Numbered from the stretch's first letter, positions 26,100 through 39,951 are shown. The stretch: 64,000 nt of DNA from Octopus sinensis (GCF_006345805.1 NC_043012.1:20212001-20276000); one strand, 5' to 3'. Program-made: numbers and translations. Notes: generated by a model not told the origin, from the letters alone.

Positions 26100-26669
26100 T
26101 ACTGCGTTGACCCTTTAGTGGTATTTTATAAACAGCATCTTTGCTTGTTGCAAAATCAGCGACTGTGTGCTCGTTTGAAATATATATATTGCGTGCAGAA
26201 GCGAGCTGCACGCAATATATACAGAGTGTCACAGAATGTAATGGAGGAAGTTGAAAAATCTTTATATATTTCTGGCAAAAAGTCTTATCTTCAGAAGAAT
26301 ACGGTTAAATAATCTAAGTGTACGTAGATACTGTCATTCGGACAGCCGTACCGAAACCGCCAACAACGCCGATGCGTGCAAACATCATTAGTACAACTAC
26401 CAACTTGTAACCAGTCATCCATCCTGTTCCCCGTTGTAACATCTACGTCCCTCAACAACTCTATCTTCTGCTGCCACTATCACACACACGCCTGACTGAA
26501 GGAAGTCACTGCCCGTTTGCCTACACAAATTAACCACATTCTTTTGAGGAAATGCGTTTGCACCTCAAATCATATATAAAGGTTCCCGCAGCCATCCTAA
26601 CTGAATTGTAAGAGACTCTCCTGCTTTTTGTTCATTATTGTACAAAATATAAGATTCTACTTACTCGAT

Positions 26670-26671
26670 GA

Positions 26672-26715
<44 letters not shown>

Positions 26716-26733
26716 TAAATAGATAAATAGATC

Positions 26734-26794
<61 letters not shown>

Positions 26795-27068
26795 GTAGAT
26801 AGATAGACAGATAGATAAGTTTCTTTATTGGCCACACAGGGCTGCACACAGATGGGACAAGGTACAAGGTAGAGCTTTTCTTTTGGGGGATGAAAAAAAC
26901 AAAAAACAAAAGAGAAACAAAAAAAGGGGTGGCGTAGGTTTTCGATCAAGAGGGATCGTAAAAGGGAAGAAAAGAACAAAAAAATAGAATAAAAAATAAA
27001 AAGAAGAAAAAGAAAAAAAAAGAAAAGGAAAAGGAACAAAAGAAAAGAGAAATGCAAAAAAGATAGAC

Positions 27069-27157
<89 letters not shown>

Positions 27158-27238
27158 TGTAGGTAGATAGATATGTAGGTAGATAGATAGATGGAGAGAT
27201 AGATAGATGGATAGATAGACAGACATATAGATAAATAA

Positions 27239-27283
<45 letters not shown>
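26670..27283. repeat. (ATAG)n tracts interrupted by a short retro-like insert (26820-27060)
   Basis: Direct reading. Confidence 0.85.
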
Positions 27284-27559
27284 CAGCGGTGGTAGTATTC
27301 TCAAGTACCATATTCATCGAATATTACATGGATGTTCATATTTTTTCATATATTTTGTCAATGATTCTTGGCATTATTTGGAGAACCGAAAGAAAACTTT
27401 CTATCGTTGGCTTTTGAAATTATGTTATAAGTCCTGGTATTTGCATGAATGCACTGACAATCATAATATTCCTCAAGAACGGATGAATCGTTATCAAATC
27501 ACGTTGTTTACACTTAAATAGACACCCTTGCGCTACCAAAAAACTTTCCCGAACTAGTT

Positions 27560-28370
27560 CTGTAGTGCACCAAAAAGAGCAGCTCGCGGTTTTATGCGCC
27601 GTGAGGGCTTGCAGTGACCTTCAGGAGGTAGTGTGCGGAGTGACATTGCTGTGTTTACTTCGTAAGTTGTGAAATTTGCGTTTTTGTGATCACGTGTATG
27701 CTGTAGTCTGCGATATTATCTTGGATAGGAGAAAAGAGCCAACGTGAAATATTGCTTTAAACTTCGGAAGTCTGCCACAGACAACATGAATAAGCTTACA
27801 GCGACGGGGTAATGGGTGTTTCGTGTGGTACGGGTGCTTCAAAAGCAGAAAAAACGTCTCTGTCTGACGATGAGCGACCAGGAATACTTGCCACGAGCGT
27901 CACACCCAGAAACGTGGAATTATACATCAAGAATTCGTCTCCCAGAGACATACCGTCAATCGTGGTCCTATTGCGCCGTTTTGAAGCGTTTGATGGTGGA
28001 CATTCAATGAAAATGACCTGATCGCTGGAGCGCAAAGAATTGGATTCCTCACGACGATAATGTACCCAGTCACCAAGCTCTCTCGACTTGAGAGATTCTC
28101 ACCAAAAACAACATGCTCTCATTTCCGTATATGCCATATTCACCAGAGGTAGCACTTGTTAACTTCCATCTCTTCCCTATGAGGAAAAGACAGCTGAAGG
28201 TCCTCGATTCGCTTACGGAGAACGATTTCCAGACCGGATTCCAAATGCATCAGGAATCCTGGAACCGGCTTATTGTTGGGCAATTTGATTTCTTTCATAG
28301 AAGATGATGTTAAAACTTTGTCAAATTATTTTTATTAAATATAACTAGTATGTAAACTTTTTCCCACCAC
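27560..28370 (+). mobile_element. Highly decayed, internally deleted mariner
   Basis: SLSDDERPG, WILHDDN-like and PYSPEVALVNFHLFP motifs. Confidence 0.75.
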
Positions 28371-28540
28371 AACGTAGTCATGCATATATAAATCTCGAGG
28401 CGGCAGAAAAATAATTCCTTTAGATGCCACACAACGGGATCGAAAATGGACCTTGTCGTTGTAACGTAAAGCTTTTGGCAATTCGGTCACACTGCGACAC
28501 ATTATATACTTGCCTAGAAATATATATGTATGAGTTTGTC

Positions 28541-28900
28541 TCAGAAGAGAATTAATGTTGGAGAAGACTTTTACGGATTCTATGGACAGCGAGGCTCACC
28601 AATGGAGAAGTTCTTAAGCAGATCAGGCCGAAAATGTCGCTAGAAGCTAGGATCACCAAGCATAGATTGACATATTTCGGTCATATTATGCGGAGAAAAT
28701 CCCTGGAGAAGGACATCATGCTCGGAATGGTCAATGGCAAGAGAGGAAGAGGCCGACCAAAACCCGCTGGCTTGACACCATCAAGAATGATACCGGAATG
28801 GACATAGCCAATCTGAAAGAAGCGGCCCAGGATAGAACTGACTGGAGGACACTGATACAACGAGTAACCGAGAGTCGACTTCGACTGAGCGGATAAATAG
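28541..28900 (+). mobile_element. RTE (BovB-like) LINE 3' fragment
   Basis: CWRRLLRILWTAR, LTYFGHIMRRKSLEKDIMLG, AQDRTDWR, VTESRLRL. Confidence 0.9.
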
Positions 28901-29129
28901 ATAGAGTTTTCTGCACGCGTTCCTGTGTGCTTACGTGCGTGCGTGTGCAGGGGTGTGGGTGCGTGCGTGTGCGTGTGTATGCATGCGCGCGCATACGTGT
29001 TAAAATAATGTTATTATGTGAAGTACTCTACTCATCTTTCCAGGATTGCATTTTTGTCATTGAGAAGAGTGGCTGAAGTTGCTGTACAAGTCCTCGCTGA
29101 GGTTGTGTTTCTTCCAAAGCTTCACTAAA

Positions 29130-29442
29130 TATCTTTGAGATCAACTCATTGGCCAGGGAAACGCAAGTGCAGACGGCCCTGTATGGCGAAGCTGCACCAA
29201 GTGAAGGTTTCTCCTCCTACGAACAGAAAATGGCTGCAGGGGCGCAAAGAAAATGTCAGCCACACCACTCTAGAACCGGTTTGTCGCCTCCAGTCCCAGA
29301 AGGTCGCCAGTGTTTGACCTGCAGTATTGCCTTCCGCGCACGAATCGGACTGGTCGATCATAACCGGACACACCGCGTCCCGTCTTCTTCTCTGCTGTGA
29401 TGTTCTTGGTCATCATTGGCTACAACATACGAATAACAACAG
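29130..29442 (+). mobile_element. RTE-like LINE 3' fragment with terminal C2H2 motif
   Basis: CLTCSIAFRARIGLVDHNRTH. Confidence 0.7.
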
Positions 29443-30159
29443 GACAATAGTATGTCTGTTTGCTGGTACATGAAGTATAGCCGTATATAAAACAGAAACT
29501 ATAGGAATGTTCTTTGCAGCTATAATAGCCATACCAACCGCTATCATATCGTATAACAGGAAAAGTATTAAAACTTTACTTGAAAGAGTGTTAAGTGTTA
29601 ATACAGTCTCCTAAATTCTATAAAGTATCGATATTAAATCCATGCAATACGATTAATTATACTGTTTTTGCATATCCAAACTGTTACTTTTCTATAGATC
29701 TATAGTTAATCTATAGTTAATATATAGTTAATATATCAACTTTAACCAACAGGCTGTAAGATGTTGCAAACAGGTACCCTTCTGATCTCTTCTGGAATTG
29801 TGAACCGCAGAACTAATAAGACATGCCATCGAAATATAAGATCATTTCCTGCTTTTCAAATTGCCAAATTCATCGTTAATGCATTTAAGAAAATCTAAAG
29901 CTTCTTATTTCCTTTTATGTTCTTACAGAGCAAGGCATGATATTTACGTGTTTTTGTAAACAGGGTTAGCAAAACTTTTAAACATATCTCCAGTCCAGCT
30001 GTAACAGAATAAGTTGCATTCACAATATGTGCACGTTAGTAAATATAATGGCAATCGAAGTTCTTTTAAGCAACATTTCCATTTTGAGATTTTGAATTTC
30101 GCGAAAATTTCAGCTGATTATTGCTAATTGTTGAGTTTGTGTCATGTTTATTCTCTTAA

Positions 30160-30169
30160 ACTATCTATA

Positions 30170-30244
<75 letters not shown>

Positions 30245-30255
30245 ATATCTATCAT

Positions 30256-30298
<43 letters not shown>

Positions 30299-30299
30299 G

Positions 30300-30345
<46 letters not shown>

Positions 30346-30347
30346 AT

Positions 30348-30400
<53 letters not shown>

Positions 30401-30445
30401 ATGTCTGTCTGTCTGTTTGTCTGTCTATCTCTCTATCTATCTATT
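30160..30445. repeat. (CTAT)n microsatellite
   Basis: Direct reading. Confidence 0.95.
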
Positions 30446-31009
30446 TGTCTTTATCCGTGTGTGTATGTATGTATGTATATGTATTTATGTATGTTATGTG
30501 TGAGTTTGTGTGTGTATGTGTGTATAAGAGGAATTAATCTGGTGATCGCTACTGTACTTCTCCCAGTTTTATTTTCGTGTTTTATTCTGTGTTTTTTTTA
30601 AGTTTTGCTTCTTTTTATCTCATTCATTTTCTTCTTGTCTCATTGCTCTACCACTCTTTTTAGGAATTATATTTTAGCCTTACAATTACAGCTTTACCAA
30701 TGATATCTTAGGGCTATATTTTAGGATTATATTACAGACTTGTTGTTACTTTACCTGCTATAGTTTATTTATGATCCCTGATTACTAATTTTAACTATTG
30801 CTGTAAGCTGTTTATACTTAATCTTAATTCGTGGCAAATAACTAATTTTCTAATAATTTAGGCTATACTAATTAGTAGTCCTCAGGGTATCTTTGCTTTT
30901 GTATAGTCGTTAACGCTTTGTTTTTCAATCTTTTTCAACATACACACGTAACCGCGAACAATCTGCCTTTGATGATGATGAGTTAGTAGATATCAATTTT
31001 TTTTATACA

Positions 31010-31555
31010 GGCAAGCCTTTGTCAGCCAGTTATCTATTTAAAACTGTATATAACTATAATACGTCGGCACTTAGAATTTGCATCAGTAGTCTGGAACCCT
31101 ATCTTGCTCAACATATAAATTTCCTGGAAAGTGTTCAGAAACGTGCAACAAAACGAAAAGCCGCTGTCAGTTCTCACCCATAGTATAAACGACTAGCTTC
31201 CATGGGCATGGACACATTGAAGCTCAGACGTCTGACATCTAACTTGGTATACACCTAAAAAATAATCAAGCATCTTTCCAACAACAACCTTGGGCACCTT
31301 CTTGAATTCCATATGACAAACACACGTGGACATGCTTACAAAATCAAAAAATAACACAGCCCTCTCGGAGACATTTTTCGCGCTCAAAATTGTCGAAGCA
31401 TGGAATAAACTACCTGCATCAGTTGTTAGCTGTCGAGACACTAAATCCTTCAACATGTCCATGCTTCGTTGAATCCGCCAACAGTACACCTGATGGCTTT
31501 TGTTTTGCTTTTTCTTCGTTGTAATGCACCAGAGCACTGTTTACAATTTATTTCA
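31010..31555 (+). mobile_element. CR1/L2-like LINE 3' fragment
   Basis: HLEFASVVWNP, LESVQKRATK, TRGHAYKI, IVEAWNKLP. Confidence 0.85.
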
Positions 31556-31621
31556 TATTCATATCAGTACCATTCACCCGCATAGGATTATAATACATAA
31601 CCTAGTTTTATAATGATCCCT

Positions 31622-31742
31622 TCTGTTATAGGCACAAAGCCTCGAATTTGTGGGCAGGAGGCTAGTCGATTAGATCGACCCCATTGCACAACTGGTACTT
31701 AATTTATGGGCCTCGAAAGGATGAAAGGCAAAATTAACCTCT
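31622..31742 (-). mobile_element. Family B SINE fragment
   Basis: ACTGGTACTTAATTTAT...GAAAGGATGAAAGGCAAA shared with other copies. Confidence 0.75.
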
Positions 31743-31962
31743 ACCTAGTTTTATAATAATGGCACATGCTTTCCTTTATTACTCTCTTTTTGGCAGTTGC
31801 TTTGTTTCGCCTCTGAATGATATAACTTAGTGATGAGGATCGAATATTTTCAGTCAATCAATGGATCGATTGAAACAACAACGAGCTCAAACGGATATCT
31901 GAAACAGCTGAATGCTATAAGAAATAATAAATTTAGAGAACGAATTATTTTCGTCTTTTATA

Positions 31963-33091
31963 TATCAGGTCATGCCATAAGTTATGTCCGAATTTTGAAT
32001 AAAGAAAACAAATGATCAAATGTTATATATAATTGAAATGTAATCATCAATGTACTTTCCCTGATTATCTATGACTTCCTTCCATCTATTTACAAGCTTT
32101 TTAATCCCATCAATGTAAAACTCTTTTGGTTTGAAATTGAAGAATTCTTAAATGTCAATTTTGAACTCCTCATGATTTGCGAAAGTTATGTCACCCAAAT
32201 GATCCTGTAAACTACGAAACAAATGATAGTCTGAAGGAGCAAGGTCAGGAGAATAAGGTGGATGAGGATTTTTTTCCCAGCCAAAATCTTCGATCTTCTG
32301 TGATGTGAGATTTGCAGTGTGGGGTCGCGCATTGTCCTGATGACACATAATTCCTTTCCGATTCACAAAGCGGGTCTTTTTTTCTTCTAAGCTTGGAACA
32401 AACGCTCTAATTGCTGACAGTAGACTTGAGCATTTATTGTTGCATTAGGTGGTAACATTTCAAAGTGAATTACTCGTTTGCAATCCCAACAGATAGAAAG
32501 AAGAAACTTTTTCCCATGAACTTCCTATATCGGTTGTGGTTGAGCCTTTTCACTTTTACTAAGTTACTGTTTACGACGTTTAACATTTCGATAGAATATC
32601 CATTTTTCGTGACCAGTCACAAGTCTATCCAAAAAGGGTGAAATGAATTCGCGAGAGTGGAGAGAAGTGTAGATGTCAAATCGGGATTTGCAGTTGCTTT
32701 CGGACAATTCACGATTGCAGGATTTTCTTCAAGTAATGCCTCAAGGAGCTTATCATCAAACTCAACTGGACATCCCGTTCGATCTTCATCTTCAAGGCTG
32801 AAATCTTCACTTCTGTATTTTGCAAACCATCTTCTGCAAGTTCTTTCATTCAAGTATTCTTTCCCATAAGCTGAGTGTATGCTTCGACTGCAGAGTTTCC
32901 TTCCAGGTTAGAAAGTGTTTAATGAAAGAAATTTTAATTTTATTATTTAGTAAAATAATATTTAATTAGTTTAAATGTACACAAATGCATAAAATTAATT
33001 TTTAATTCCATTAGACATTCTAAAATACTATTAAATATCATTCAATTTTAAAAAAGGTAAAATCGGACAGAACGTATAGGATCACCTGATA
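31963..33091 (-). mobile_element. Mariner transposon with both TIRs and flanking TA, decayed transposase
   Basis: Left TATCAGGTCATGCCATAAGTTATGTCCGA vs right (reverse complement) TATCAGGTGATCCTATACGTTCTGTCCGA; HQDNARPH, HPPYSPDLAPSDYHLF, WFAKYRSEDFSLED. Confidence 0.93.
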
Positions 33092-33223
33092 CATATATAT
33101 ATACGTACATATATATATATATATATTATATATATATATATGTATGTATCTATATATATATATATATATATATAATATCAAAATAGAGCGAAGAAGGAGT
33201 ATGGTTAGACAGCTATTCAATAA

Positions 33224-33312
33224 ACACTATACGTTTCGATACAACACAGATCCAACATAGAGCAAAGGTTTACCTATATAATGGCACCCCGTTGTATCTC
33301 CTCAGCTGATAT
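33224..33312 (-). ncRNA. Hammerhead motif with 8-bp stem II and ~45-nt loop
   Basis: CTGAGGA-GATACAAC-loop-GTTGTATC-GAA-ACGT-A; stem I poorly paired. Confidence 0.55.
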
Positions 33313-35178
33313 ACAATCGCTGTCCCCGTTAAAAAAACTTTGACTTCAATGCTAACTTATCCAATTGGCCCTTTTGAATTTAGTAGACGCTGGCAGTCCC
33401 ATTCCGCTAGCTGTCAACGTGCCTCTGCACACTCGACATGAGCGGCATTGGATATACCATCTGTCCACTTTGTTTTACATGATATATTACACAAGCTAAA
33501 TTTTATTATTTCGCAAACACACTTACACACATATTCTAGCATCGTAATAAATCATGTGCTAGGTACGTAATAACACATTTTACGAAAGTTCTTTAAAGGA
33601 ATTACGCAGTAGTGTTGTTTTTATTTTCTTCATCTCATCTTTAATTATTGATAAGTAACTTTTTGTTTTATGAATTATTATTAATTTCCCTGTTTTAATT
33701 GTTAATGGAGTACATACATACCTTTATAATTGAGTTTGGCTAAAGAAACATTTATTAAATGAAATGCAATTGTTTAAAATATGATGTAGGAAATGAGAAA
33801 AAAATAATGTGTACCATTTGTTCATGTTGTTTGACTAAAATAATTCCTGTTGTTCTAAAATTAATATAGATGGTTTCATAATCAAAACAGTACCAATGTT
33901 ATTGATTAGTAATATTTACCAGAGATCTTGACGTTAACAAGTATAAGATGACTTAATTAAATACCCCATACGCCACACATATGCAGGTACCCTTAATTGA
34001 AAACAACAATGCCATTTACTCGATCTTAAAATTGTGCATTCTACATTTCTGAACATCAAGATGCTGTACTAATTAAAATTAAATTAGTCAATTATCGGCA
34101 ATATGATACCTTCGCGCACAAAGTGAATTACGTTTGAAGCAATCTCTGTCAGACAGAAAAAAAATTAAACATTATTTCTAAAACAGTTATGAATTAACGA
34201 GAAAAATACATTTAAATGAAATATTACATGGTATTAAAATTCTAATGGACATATGCTCTATGGAAATGTCAAAAAAATTTCACCTATATTTTCTTCCAGC
34301 TATCATCACTATTTCTGATGCGGTATTTGAAATATTAAGTTCGATTGACGGAATTTTCACTTATATGAATAATATTGCCATACTTAAAAATCTGCATTAC
34401 TACCACGAGAGAACTGCATGCTTGTTAAATAAATAGATATTTGGTTTTCTAAACTCACATTTATTTATATGTGGTTTAATTACAAACACAATAATGAGTA
34501 CACGTATTGTTGTTATCACACATTTAGTTGTAAGTTTGTCATATTGACTGCCAGCCTAAAGCTTTTCATTTTCTTACTCTGTCTGTCTGTATGTCTCTCT
34601 CACTCTGTCATTCTAGCGGAGACAGTTGCAAAAACAATTACATGTCTAGAAATAGCAGTTAAAACTTCTCAGTTACGATATATCCTTCGTAATGTATTTT
34701 TCCATTCCTCTTATATAATTTCCTTTTTTCACTCATATACAGTTTTTCGCCGTGGCTTGATTCACTGGTCTATTCTCATAAACGCTCTGCATGCGCTGGA
34801 ATTCAGAATTTGAAGGTGTAGATAGAGGCTGACATATCATTCTAGCTGGTCGGGACACATGTTAAGGCCCAATGTATGTTTTATGTGTTAATTTGTATCC
34901 CCGGGAATGCTCTCCTGATGAAAAGAGTGGAACCGTTTTGGTTCCTAACTTCAAAATTGCAGTAGAAGACTTGCCTTTTATTTAGGTTTGACTTTTATGC
35001 CATGTCGCCCGCTTTTATTGTAAAGAAATAAATCACGGGGTCATAGTGGCTTTATAGCGATTGTGACTGCTATTTCTAGGTTTGTAAAGGCTTTTGCAGC
35101 CCTCTCCGTTATAATAGCTATATTAGTAAATAATTTTGTTTTGTTCACGATATATCCTTCATAATCTATTTTACATTC

Positions 35179-35221
<43 letters not shown>

Positions 35222-35227
35222 CATATA

Positions 35228-35392
35228 TTGTTGCTGTGTGGTAGGTAGCTTGCTTACCAATCACGCGATTCCGGATTCAGTCCCACTGCGTGGCATCTTG
35301 GGCAAAGTACCTTCCACTATAGCCTCGGACCGACCAAAGCTTTGTGAGTGGATTTTGTAGACGGAAACTGAAAGAAGCCCGTCGTATATATG

Positions 35393-35433
<41 letters not shown>

Positions 35434-35680
35434 CTGTGTGTGTCTGTGAGTGTATATATATGCATGGGTTTGTATATATTGTGTGTGCTTGTCCCCTCCC
35501 CCAACATCACTTGACAATAGATGCTGGTGTGTTTATGACCCCGTAACTTACAGGTTCTGCACAAGAGACCGATAGAATAAATACTAAGCTTACAAAGAAT
35601 ATGCCCTAGGGTCGATTTTCTCAAATAAAGAAAGTGCTACAGCATGGTCAAAGCCAAATAACTGAAACTCGTAAAATAAT
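35228..35680 (+). mobile_element. Family A SINE
   Basis: Colinear match to 11421-11830. Confidence 0.88.
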
Positions 35681-35723
<43 letters not shown>

Positions 35724-35747
35724 CACATACACACACATATATATATA

Positions 35748-36148
35748 TACTCTTTACTCTTTTACTCTTTTACTCGTTTCTGTCATTAGACTACGGCCAT
35801 GCTGGAGCACCACCTTTAGTCGAGTAAATCGACCCCAGGACTTATTCTTTGTAAGCCTAGTACTTATTCTATCGGTCTCTTTTGCCGAACCGCTAGGTTA
35901 CGGGGACGTAAACACACCAGCATCGGTTGTCAAGCGATGTTGGGGGGACATACACAGACACACAAACACGCACGCACATATATATACGACGGGCTTCTTT
36001 CAGTTTCCGGCTACCAAATCCACTCACAAGGCTTGGTCGGCCCGAGGCTATAGTAGAAGACACTTACCCAAGGTGCCACGCAGTGAGAATGAACCCGGAA
36101 CCATATGGTTGGTAATCAAGCTACTTACCACACAACCACTCCTACGCC

Positions 36149-36149
<1 letters not shown>
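35748..36149 (-). mobile_element. Family A SINE, near full length
   Basis: Colinear match to 11421-11830. Confidence 0.9.
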
Positions 36150-36245
<96 letters not shown>

Positions 36246-36299
36246 TATTTTCATATTTATATTTAGAAGTTACAGAATGACTCAAGGTGCTCGTGCGCG

Positions 36300-37070
36300 T
36301 GTGTGTGTGATGGCTTGGTTAAGATTAAGGAGTGGTTGCTGCATGAGTATTGCCGGCACGCTCCTAAATGTGCAGGCTACAAAGCGCGGCCACAGTGGCT
36401 GCAGCTGAGGGTTTAGTGACGGTCGATGACGTGTTTTTATGGTTCTTCTCCCTGCGCTTTTGTCTTTGAGACTGGCCCTGCTGGTGTCTTCGAAGGGGGA
36501 GAAAAATTGTTAGATGGCGAGATGCCAGGCATCATGCTCGTCAGCTAAGTTGGACCAACGGTGTTGATCGTTGTGACAGGCAGCAAGGGATCTTTTTTTT
36601 CGAACAGTCCTAGTATCACATCTTTACTGCCACTCAGACCCGATGATCAGTAGAGACCTATCCATACAGCGAGATCTTAGGCAAGCGATGGTCCTTCATC
36701 CTCGAGAGGTACCCCACCCAGTGTATCTGGAACTTAAGCGGCATGATATGCCGTCACGTTGGCAAAGAAGAGGTTGAAGACGGATCGCTTTCGTACATGT
36801 GTCAGGGCCTACGGCGAGGAAGTTCGTCTGCTGCTATTAGTCGTGGCCGGCGTAGAACTGCTTGATAGCGAGGGATTGGCAGAATCGACACGTGATTACA
36901 ATTGAATGGTTCGGTTGGGTGCCCCCGTTTGCAACTCGAGGTAAAAGCAATTTTATTTCCTACGGAGACCTGGCCAGCAAGCTGTACTACGCCATGACTA
37001 ATAGCAGCACACAAGCTCGATCGCCGCACACCCCATAAGAAAGCGGTGCCGTCTCGCTTACCGAAGGTTA
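36300..37070 (-). mobile_element. Decayed RTE-like LINE (3' coding part; the rest may be 5' UTR)
   Basis: IHWVGYLSRMKDHRLPKISLYG and HRWSNLADEHDAWH on the minus strand. Confidence 0.7.
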
Positions 37071-37320
37071 TTTTTCCACCAAAATAATTCGATATTGCTG
37101 ATTATTTCACTCCAGCGGAACCACTCTTTGTGTGTTTCTTGTACCACACCTATTTCTACTGATGTCAAATGCACTGTTTGCCTTTGATAGACTTACCTGT
37201 CTTACCAGTTCAAATTGAAATTCAGGATGTAATAAATCTTGAGCAATTATGATAGGGTGGAGTGTTATGAAATATATACCTGCTAATACGAGACACTATA
37301 AATGTTTCACACATACAAAA

Positions 37321-37510
37321 TATTTAAGAACGCATTAAAGCTCTATTCGTCGATTACACACACACAAAAGAGAGGTTGAAGACGGATCGCTTTATTTAAG
37401 AACGCATTAAAGCTCTATTCGTCGATTACACACACACAAAAGAGAGGTTGAAGACGGATCGCTTTATTTAAGAACGCATTAAAGCTCTATTCGTCGATTA
37501 CACACACACT
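37321..37510. repeat. ~72-bp tandem repeat, ~2.6 copies
   Basis: TATTTAAGAACGCATTAAAGCTCTATTCGTCGATTACACAC occurs three times. Confidence 0.92.
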
Positions 37511-37608
37511 CACACACACACACAAACATACACGTGGTCGCGCACGCACACAGAAACGCGCATACGGTATACATAAATACATATACATATATGCACACAT
37601 AAAGACAA

Positions 37609-37659
<51 letters not shown>

Positions 37660-37983
37660 TTATTAAAATTATGAATAAGGGTGTCTAACAGATACCACCA
37701 TGCTTGAAATAACCTGGCTTTAAAACCACACCATATATTCAATACAGCACAAGGTGTAACGACTGTTGCTATTAACTTACGTTACCTATTTTTAATATAC
37801 GTGAAGCAACTCGACTTTTTAACACTGGATACTTTTATTTTAAATCAGTTGTGAGTAATTATACTTGGATAGAGATTAAAACATATTGTATGCTGATAAC
37901 TAACATTACATAACTGGCGGAAGTGGGGCGACGCCTCCAGTCCCAGAATTGGGGCTGCGTCTCCCTTCTATACCCTTCTCTAA

Positions 37984-38102
37984 ACCGTTCTCCATTGTCC
38001 CACCGGGCATAGAGTAAGGGGTTCGAGAAACCCTTTCCCTATACCGTTCTCCATTGTCCCACCGGGTATAGGGTAAGGGGTTCGAGAAACCCCTTCCCTA
38101 CC
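37984..38102. repeat. 59-bp tandem duplication
   Basis: ACCGTTCTCCATTGTCCCACCGGG...GGGGTTCGAGAAACCC at 37984 and 38043. Confidence 0.9.
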
Positions 38103-38479
38103 TTCCCAACACCCCTCTTCCTCACCCGAGCATCCCTTTAACCTTCCTATTACTCAACTTTCATAAATGTCTAGAGGTTGTACATGTTCATATTGGACAC
38201 TGGAAAGGGTTAGAGGCGATGTCATGCATGCTACACGAGCCAAGCTAACTTCATTTCTCTTGTAAAAGAGAGATTGGCATTTTCTCTCTTTCAATATTTA
38301 ATTAGAATGGCGAACATGATGTTACCAAAATCCTTAAAACTTTACAAACTTGATAGTTTTGTCAATGAATCAGGATTTTAATTTTATTTGATACACACAT
38401 TGATATCATTTATATGGAGAATTGTAACAGCAACACAAGCTAACCTGTGGCACTATCTCACCACAGGCTAGCTTGCGTT

Positions 38480-39115
38480 GCCAACTGTTTATGATCTCAA
38501 AATGCAAGTGTTTCCAAGCATTGCACAAAACTTTAACAACAGTCAATAGCTATTTGAGCGAGCCAGCTTAGCTCCACGTAATGTTGCTGTTGACAAAATC
38601 AAATGCGATCTCTTGCAGCTGTTGCCAGGAAAAGAATAGTCTTTCAAATCCATCGACGCTGTCATTGGTGAGGACCAAGCTGCAGTTTTTCCAATTGAGT
38701 TCCTGAACTCTCTACAGCCATCTGAGATGCCACCTCACAAATTAACACTTAAAAAGGGGGCACCTGTCATGCTACTCATGAATCAATTTCCACCTCACCT
38801 ATGCAATAGCATCAGAATAGTCGTGAAAACAATGCAACCCCATGTCCTAGAGGCAGCAAATATCATTAGGAAACATGAGTGAGGATGTTTTCATTCCACG
38901 GAATCTGTTAATTCCATCTGACCTCCCCTTTGAATTTCAACTGTTCTAGTTTCCAGCGAAACTACGGTTATTGGAATTAACATTCTCCTTTTTCTTACGT
39001 CTCTCGTGAGCAATTATATACAGGCTGTTCATGATTTGGAAGTCCCAAAACTCGTTTTATTTGTACCCCAACTAAAGGACATTCTGAAAGCATTGTATAG
39101 ATGTTCTACAAAATT
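38480..39115 (+). mobile_element. Helitron PIF1-like helicase C-terminal fragment (pseudogene)
   Basis: LAPRNVAVDKI, FKSIDAV, FPIEFLNSLQPSEMPPHKLTLKKGAPVMLL, LIPSDLPFEF, SREQLYTGCS. Confidence 0.88.
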
Positions 39116-39357
39116 AAACTGTAACTGATTCCAGGATTTTTTTTAATAAGTTTGTTTATACTCACGTCATCTGATAGAATTTTCTGAAAATATATTTTTT
39201 ATCAGAATATATATATATTTATTTCATTTAACATTCTTTAAACTTCCGATCAAATAAATTACCGGTCTAAGGTTTAAACGCACAATAATTTATTGAATTG
39301 AATTATTAAAACAAACAAAAATACAAATAACATTCATTACACGAATATATGACGTTG

Positions 39358-39545
39358 ACAATGGTTGTGCGAAAGAGAAATCATGGCACCAAAGAATATC
39401 ACAGTGAATAATTTAAATTCAAGACTCGAGATAGTTCTGCCAGGAGATGGACGTACTTACAAATCTATTAAATCTGTTGTTGACGACTCGAGAATTGTCA
39501 ATTACTGCGTTGAGTTGTCACGTTCACTCGAATCACAAGGAGCTC
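39358..39545 (+). mobile_element. Second Helitron helicase fragment
   Basis: [19 protein letters not shown]...[11 protein letters not shown]. Confidence 0.75.
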
Positions 39546-39624
39546 GCAGGGAGATTCGGACTGATACACAATGTGACAACGCTCGGTCTTCGCAATACAG
39601 GTACAACAGAAACAGGGAGAGAAA

Positions 39625-39784
39625 GTGAGAGAAATTTGTCGTGAAAGAGAACAACAGGGTTCACCACCACATCCTGCCAGAGCCTCGTGGGGTCTTAGGT
39701 TTTTTCGCTAAATAAACACAATGCCCGGTCTAGGAATCGAAACCGCAAGTCCACTGCCTTAACCATTGGGCCATTGCGCCTCCA
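39625..39784 (-). mobile_element. Family C SINE, partial
   Basis: Reverse complement GGAGGCGCAATGGCCCAATGGTTAAGGCAGTGGACTTGCGG. Confidence 0.8.
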
Positions 39785-39791
39785 CTATATA

Positions 39792-39845
<54 letters not shown>

Positions 39846-39951
39846 ATATATATATACATATATATGTATGAATGTATACATGTATGTATATGCATGTATA
39901 TATATATATATACACAAATATATATATATTTATATATATATATATATATAC

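Noticed and set aside
26300-26625. Possible solo LTR with TATA box
   Set aside because: No clear TG..CA termini, target-site duplication or second copy
34245-34436. 63-aa ORF resembling a gypsy RT segment (ILSSIDGIFTYMNNI)
   Set aside because: Too short and degenerate to support a call
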